From: an uncultured Chloroflexia bacterium
GTDB taxonomy: Bacteria > Chloroflexota > Chloroflexia > Thermomicrobiales > UBA6265
Reading direction: 5' to 3'
Assembly (NCBI GenBank): GCA_963724295.1
Contig: CAVRUC010000002.1
Coordinates: 256,001-320,000, forward strand
DNA: 64,000 bases
Part shown: positions 59,022-64,000 of the stretch, piece after piece
Position numbering within the stretch: the stretch's first letter is position 1
Layout of the letters: every line of letters begins with the position of its first letter
The notes under the pieces: model-generated
Seen by the model: only the letters and a program-made list of their open reading frames with translations
Database searches by the model: none
Told to the model about the DNA's origin: nothing
Position numbers and translations under genes: made by a program

Positions 59022-61337
59022 CAGGTCCGACTGGAGCCAGACGTCGTAGATGCGACGGGTCGCCGGAGCGGCGTAGCTGACGCCCTCGCCGACGCTTTCG
59101 AAGATGACCGCCGAGGCAATCTCCGGCTCGCTGCCGTATGGGCCGAACCCGGCAAACCAAGAGTGTGGCTTCGCCGTCGCGCTGCCGTTGCGTTGTGCCG
59201 TCCCCGTCTTGCCGGCGATGGGCCAGGTCATGTCACCGAACACCCGGTACGATCCAGCGCCGTTGGGGTCGCTGGTCTGAGCGCGCAACGCCGCCTGCAA
59301 CGCGGTCAGCGTCTCTTCGGAAATCAGTAACCGGCCGCGCACGACGCGCTCGCCAACCGGCTCCGTCGCCCCGTTCGGATCAACGAGGTCGGAGACGATG
59401 TAGGGCTGAAGAAGATCGCCGCCGTTGGCAATGGCCGCATAGGCGGTCGCGAGTTGCAACGGGGTGACTTGCAGGAAGCCCTGGCCGATGGCGAGGTTGA
59501 TGGCATCACCGGTCGCCCAGTAATCGCCGAAGGTCTCGAGCTTCCACGCCGGATCGGGCGCCGCGCCGGCCGCCTCCGGCAGATAGGGGATGCCGGTCGG
59601 CGATCCCAGCCCAAATGACTTCGCCATCCGCGGCAGGTATTCCGGATCCATCGTGTCGAGGTCACGGCCAATGGCGTAGAAGACGGTGTTGCACGAGTTG
59701 ACGAGCGCCTGATGCAGCGTCATGGGGCCCTGCGCGCCAACCCCGTAAGCGACGGTCCAGTCCTCCCAGACCTGACTGGCCCCTTCGAGCTGAAACGTCG
59801 AGGGGCAGTCGAGCACCGTCTCCGGTGTGTACCCCAGCCCTTCCATCGCCGCGGCAAAGGTGATCGGCTTGAAGGCGGATCCGGTCGGATAGAGTCCCTC
59901 CGCCGCTCGCGACAACAACGGCCGCTGCGCCTCGGATTGCAGCGCCGCTCGATCGCGCGGGGCGAACCCGAGCACGAACCCATTCGGGTCGTAGCTGGGA
60001 ACGCTGGCCAGCGCCAGGACGGCGCCGCTGCGCGGGTCCAGAACAACGGCCGCGCCTCGCATCGTGCCGTTGGAGCGCATCGCGGCGAAGACCTCTGTCT
60101 GAAACGCGCGGTCGATCGTCAATACGACGTCACGCGGCGGAACCGGCTCCCGCGAGGCAATCTCCGATTGCTCGACCCGAGAGTCGCAGTGGACGACGAG
60201 CAGGCGGCCGCCGGGGACTCCAGCCAGGATGTCGTCGGCTCCGGCTTCGATCCCGGCCTGCCCAATGCGCTGGCCCGGGACGAGCGTCGGATCCGCCTCC
60301 AATTGCTCGGCGGTCGGCTCCGAGACGTAGCCTGTGATGTGCGCGGCCTGCTCGCCGAGCGGGTAGACACGCGCCGTTTCCGCCTTGACCGAAACCCCTG
60401 GCAGGCGGGAGATGATGTCGAGCAGGCGCTCGCTCTCCTCCCGTGGGAAATCCATGATTGGGATGAACCAGCTTGGATCGGCGTCCTCGTACCGTTCCTT
60501 GATGGCAGCTTCGTCCATCTTCGTGAGCTCGCTCAGCTCGTGCAGAACGCGCTCCTCGTCCGCGGCGGGGATCAGTCCCGGTACGATCCCGACGCGCTCC
60601 ACCTGTCCGTCATAGGCAAGGGGCTCGCCGTGCCGATCGAGGATCTTGCCGCGTGCGGAGGGCCAACGGTCGACGTCGACGCAGCCGTCATTTCCAAGCT
60701 CGGCAAAGATGGTCGACGGCGTCCAGGCCACCCGCCACCCGTCCTTCTCATGGACCAGCGGCAGGGTGTTCTCCTCGCTGAACTCCCCGGCGATCCCCGA
60801 TTCGAATGTGACGCGAAACGGGACCCGCGGCGCCGCTTTGGCGGTGCCGGTGATCTCGGCTTGCACCGACCGCAGCTCGGCTCGATCGACGATGCCCTGG
60901 TAGCGACTCACGAACTCCTCGAGCGGTATGGTGCGGCGCACGGTCCCCGAGGCCAGGGCGTACATGCCGGCATAGTCGCCCTCGTTCCAGCGTGCGACCC
61001 ACTCGGCGGCGACCTTATCGGCGGACTCTGTCCCCGCGACCGGCGGCGCCGGGCTGACTTCCTCCTCGGCGGCACTGGATTCGGTCGGCACGCTCTCGAC
61101 CGCTGGAGTGGCATTCGCGGCGATCTCGGAGTCCGGAGAGGGCGCTATCTGTGGGGCTGCATTCCTTTGCGGCAGGAGGTCGTTGAGACCGCCCAACGGG
61201 ACAATCCCGGGCCGCATGACCGCCGCGAACACGACAACGCCGATGGCGACGACCAGCGCAAGCACCCACGGCCACCGGGAAGGGGTGGGTTCGTAAAAGA
61301 CTGGAGATTGGCGGTAGCGGCGTGCCACGAGGACCAT
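59013..61337 (-). CDS. Class B penicillin-binding protein (PBP2/MecA-like architecture)
   Basis: N-terminal TM, NTF2-like domain, RGKILDR, SAFK, SCN, KTGT. Confidence 0.92.
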   Translation of the reverse strand: MVLVARRYRQSPVFYEPTPSRWPWVLALVVAIGVVVFAAVMRPGIVPLGGLNDLLPQRNAAPQIAPSPDSEIAANATPAVESVPTESSAAEEEVSPAPPVAGTESADKVAAEWVARWNEGDYAGMYALASGTVRRTIPLEEFVSRYQGIVDRAELRSVQAEITGTAKAAPRVPFRVTFESGIAGEFSEENTLPLVHEKDGWRVAWTPSTIFAELGNDGCVDVDRWPSARGKILDRHGEPLAYDGQVERVGIVPGLIPAADEERVLHELSELTKMDEAAIKERYEDADPSWFIPIMDFPREESERLLDIISRLPGVSVKAETARVYPLGEQAAHITGYVSEPTAEQLEADPTLVPGQRIGQAGIEAGADDILAGVPGGRLLVVHCDSRVEQSEIASREPVPPRDVVLTIDRAFQTEVFAAMRSNGTMRGAAVVLDPRSGAVLALASVPSYDPNGFVLGFAPRDRAALQSEAQRPLLSRAAEGLYPTGSAFKPITFAAAMEGLGYTPETVLDCPSTFQLEGASQVWEDWTVAYGVGAQGPMTLHQALVNSCNTVFYAIGRDLDTMDPEYLPRMAKSFGLGSPTGIPYLPEAAGAAPDPAWKLETFGDYWATGDAINLAIGQGFLQVTPLQLATAYAAIANGGDLLQPYIVSDLVDPNGATEPVGERVVRGRLLISEETLTALQAALRAQTSDPNGAGSYRVFGDMTWPIAGKTGTAQRNGSATAKPHSWFAGFGPYGSEPEIASAVIFESVGEGVSYAAPATRRIYDVWLQSDLPG

Positions 61338-61691
61338 CCTGGACCGGAAACGAAACCGTGAGCTAGCACATGGACTTTCGGCGGGGCGATGCGGGATTGC
61401 CCGCGGGGGAGCGCGGTTACCCGGACAGCCTCTTCAGCCGGCCGGGCGAGCCGCTACGGGAATGCTGGCACTCGATAGCCTACACGTCAAGCCTAAACAG
61501 AGATGAATAAAACATAATCTGGATAAGCGTGCGATACACCAACCAGGTTCACGTTCTGATTCCGGTTGACCTTCTTGCCCCTCACTCCGGGATGTTGGGG
61601 GAGACGGGCGGGGAGAAGCTGGACGAGGGATCATTCGCCGCAGAGTGGTCGGCCGGGCAGGGCCTGCCTTGGCGCCAGGCCGTCAGCGGGA

Positions 61692-63692
61692 CTATTTCCC
61701 TCGCCCCGAAGCCTGCATGCGAGCAATCTCCTCGACCGCCGCCGGGTTCTCCAAAGCGGTGACATCCCCGGCGGGAAGTCCGAGGTAAGCGGCGCGGATC
61801 ACCCGGCGCATGATCTTGGCATTGCGCGTCTTCGGCAGGTCGCGTACCCAGTGCACCTGTTGTGGCCGCATCGCGGCGCCAAGCTGCGCCGCGATCGTCT
61901 GGCGCACCTCTTCGGCCAGGGCGTCGGTGCCCTCGACTCCCGGTTTCGGCACCACGAAAACCACAATGGCCTCCCCCTTGACCTCATGCGGCACGCCGAT
62001 TGCGGCGGCCTCCTGGACGGCAATGTGCGCCGTCGCCGCCGACTCCACCTCGGCCGGTCCCACCCGTTTCCCTGATACCTTCAAGGTATCGTCCGACCGT
62101 CCGCGGATGAACCACTGGCCGCTATCGTCGATCTCCGCCCAGTCGCCATGCACCCAGACGCCGGGAATGCGACTCCAGTAGGTCTCGAGATAGCGGTCCG
62201 GGTCGCGCCAGAAGCCGCGAGTCATACCCACCCAGGGCTGGCGCACGACCAGCTCCCCAACTTCACCCCGCACCGGATGGCCGGCGTTGTCGGTCACGTC
62301 GGCGTCCATCCCCGGCACCGGGGAATTGAAGCCACAGGGCACGATCGGCCGCAGCGTGACGCAGCCGACGATGCCGCCGCTGGTCTCGGTCCCGCCCGAA
62401 TAGTTGATGATTGGGCAGCGTCCTTCGCCCACCTCCTCGAAGTACCAGCGCCAGGGGCCGGGATTCCACGTCTCGCCGGTCGAGCCGAGAATGCGCAGCG
62501 AGGAGCGGTCGCGCTTTCGCACCCAATCGGTCCCTTTGCCCATCAGGGCGCGGACGGCGGTCGGCGCGACACCGAGGATGGTGACCCGGTGATCCTCGAC
62601 CAGGCGCCAGAGGCGATCGGGGTCCGGATAGTCGGGCGTCCCCTCGAAGAGCATCAGCGTTGCGCCGACGATGAGCCCGCCGCAGATCAGCCAGGGACCC
62701 ATCATCCAGCCAAGATCGGTCAACCAGAAGAGCGTGTCGTCCTGTTGCAGATCGAAACAGGTAGCCAGGTCGTGGGCGGCTTTGACCGGGAAGCCGGCGT
62801 GAACGTGCACCGCCCCCTTCGGACGACCGGTGGTGCCGGAGGTATAGATCAGCATGTACGGCTCGTTGGCGGCGGTCTCGACAGTCTCGAACTCGGCACC
62901 CGCCTCCGGAACGACGTCGTGCCACCAGACGTCCCGGCCGGCAGTCCACGGCACCTCCTCGCCGGTGCGGCGTAGGACGAGGCAGGCGCGCACACCTGGC
63001 GCCTGGGTCATCGCCTCGTCGGCGACCGCCTTCATGGGGACCGTCTTGCCGCGACGGAGAGCGCCATCGACGGTGATGAGCAGACTCGCCTCACCGTCGT
63101 GCAGCCGTGAGCCGAGCGCCTCCGGTCCAAACCCCGAGAACATCGGCAGGAAGATGGCGCCCAGCTTGCCGAGAGCCAGAACCGCGGCCACCGTTTCCGG
63201 CAGCATCGGCATGAACACCCCAACGCGATCCCCCCGCTCGACGCCGAGATCGCGCAGGGCGTTCGCCAGGCGGTTCGTCTCCAGTTGCAGCTCACGGAAG
63301 GTGAGCCGCCGCACCGCGCCATCGTCCGCTTCCCAGATCAGCGCGGTGCGGTCGCCTCCGGGTCCCGCTGCGTGCCGGTCGAGGGCGCTGGTGACGTAGT
63401 TGAAACCGCCGCCGGTGAACCACTCCGCCCAGGGCGCGCCGCGAGAGAGATCGAGCACCCGCTCGTAGGGGCGGCTCCATATGAGAGCCAGATCCTCTGC
63501 GACCGACTCCCAGTACCAGGCCGGGTCGGCCGTGGCGCGTATCAGCAAGTCGTCGTAGGCCGCGATGTCGTGGCGCGCCATGAACCGGCGCAGGCGCGAG
63601 CGATCGAGATACGCCTGACTCGGCGTCCAGGCGACGTCTGCATCGTTCGCCGCTCCCGTTCCAGCCAGATTCTTGGTAACGACACCCGACAT
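61692..63692 (-). CDS. AMP-forming acyl/acetyl-CoA synthetase
   Basis: YTSGTTGRPKG, WLTDLGWMMG, GRSDDTLKVSGKR, LPKTRNAKIMRR. Confidence 0.92.
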   Translation of the reverse strand: MSGVVTKNLAGTGAANDADVAWTPSQAYLDRSRLRRFMARHDIAAYDDLLIRATADPAWYWESVAEDLALIWSRPYERVLDLSRGAPWAEWFTGGGFNYVTSALDRHAAGPGGDRTALIWEADDGAVRRLTFRELQLETNRLANALRDLGVERGDRVGVFMPMLPETVAAVLALGKLGAIFLPMFSGFGPEALGSRLHDGEASLLITVDGALRRGKTVPMKAVADEAMTQAPGVRACLVLRRTGEEVPWTAGRDVWWHDVVPEAGAEFETVETAANEPYMLIYTSGTTGRPKGAVHVHAGFPVKAAHDLATCFDLQQDDTLFWLTDLGWMMGPWLICGGLIVGATLMLFEGTPDYPDPDRLWRLVEDHRVTILGVAPTAVRALMGKGTDWVRKRDRSSLRILGSTGETWNPGPWRWYFEEVGEGRCPIINYSGGTETSGGIVGCVTLRPIVPCGFNSPVPGMDADVTDNAGHPVRGEVGELVVRQPWVGMTRGFWRDPDRYLETYWSRIPGVWVHGDWAEIDDSGQWFIRGRSDDTLKVSGKRVGPAEVESAATAHIAVQEAAAIGVPHEVKGEAIVVFVVPKPGVEGTDALAEEVRQTIAAQLGAAMRPQQVHWVRDLPKTRNAKIMRRVIRAAYLGLPAGDVTALENPAAVEEIARMQASGRGK

Positions 63693-63835
63693 GCTCGACT
63701 CCGACGAACTCGACCGATGCCCGAACCGGCCGCCCGATTGTTGCCGCGGCCTCGCCGCGGGTCAAGCGTTGTCGAACGAACTGCAGGGCATTCCTTGTCC
63801 CTCCCGTGCCCTCAGCGCCGCCCTTCTCACGAACG

Positions 63836-63985
63836 CCCCTCATCCCCAGCCCTTCTCCCCTCGGAGCGGGGAGAAGGGAGAACGCGCGGCAGAGCAGCGA
63901 GCCCCTCGCCCAGCGCACTGGGAGAGGGGTTGGGGTGAGGGTTGAGGAGGTTGGGGGTGAGGGCGTTGGGGTTGGGGTGAGGGAG
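63836..63985. repeat. Double-hairpin palindromic repeat element with extra GGGGTGAGGG copies
   Basis: CCCCTCATCCCCAGCCCTTCTCCCC..GGGGAGAAGGG...CCCCTCGCCCAG..CTGGGAGAGGGGTTGGGGTGAGGG. Confidence 0.75.
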
Positions 63986-64000
63986 GCATAGGAAATGTCG

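Noticed and set aside
61380..61640. 6S RNA or known riboswitch
   Set aside because: Could not identify the required long hairpin with central bubble or any aptamer consensus by eye

Overview
High-GC bacterial window, most consistent with Chloroflexota (Thermomicrobiales-like; inferred from gene content, Tat leader style and T-box use). It holds core genes (rpsF-ssb-rpsR, leuS, prfB with its programmed +1 frameshift, gcvPB, a class B PBP, an acyl-CoA synthetase), many accessory enzymes, a secreted copper-enzyme cluster (two multicopper oxidases, tyrosinase, bicupin), a degraded IS110 inside a duplicated REP doublet, a UPF0175/DUF3368 toxin-antitoxin pair, and a dispersed family of inverted 7-8-mer tandem repeats, some inserted in frame in genes. 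The most striking observation is a complete Leu-specifier T-box riboswitch upstream of leuS with an intact 76-nt tRNA-Ala(GGC) gene at the apex of its Stem III. Other notable items: an Rdx/SelW-like CxxU selenoprotein with a SECIS-like hairpin that the ORF track misses, an MshC-like ligase, an S6 protein with a long acidic linker and extra C-terminal domain, and a translin/TRAX-like gene facing a LexA-box promoter. Clustered frameshifts (23.8-27.0 kb, 38.8-39.9 kb, 47.1 kb) may be sequencing errors. All family calls are from motif recognition only; no database searches were run.
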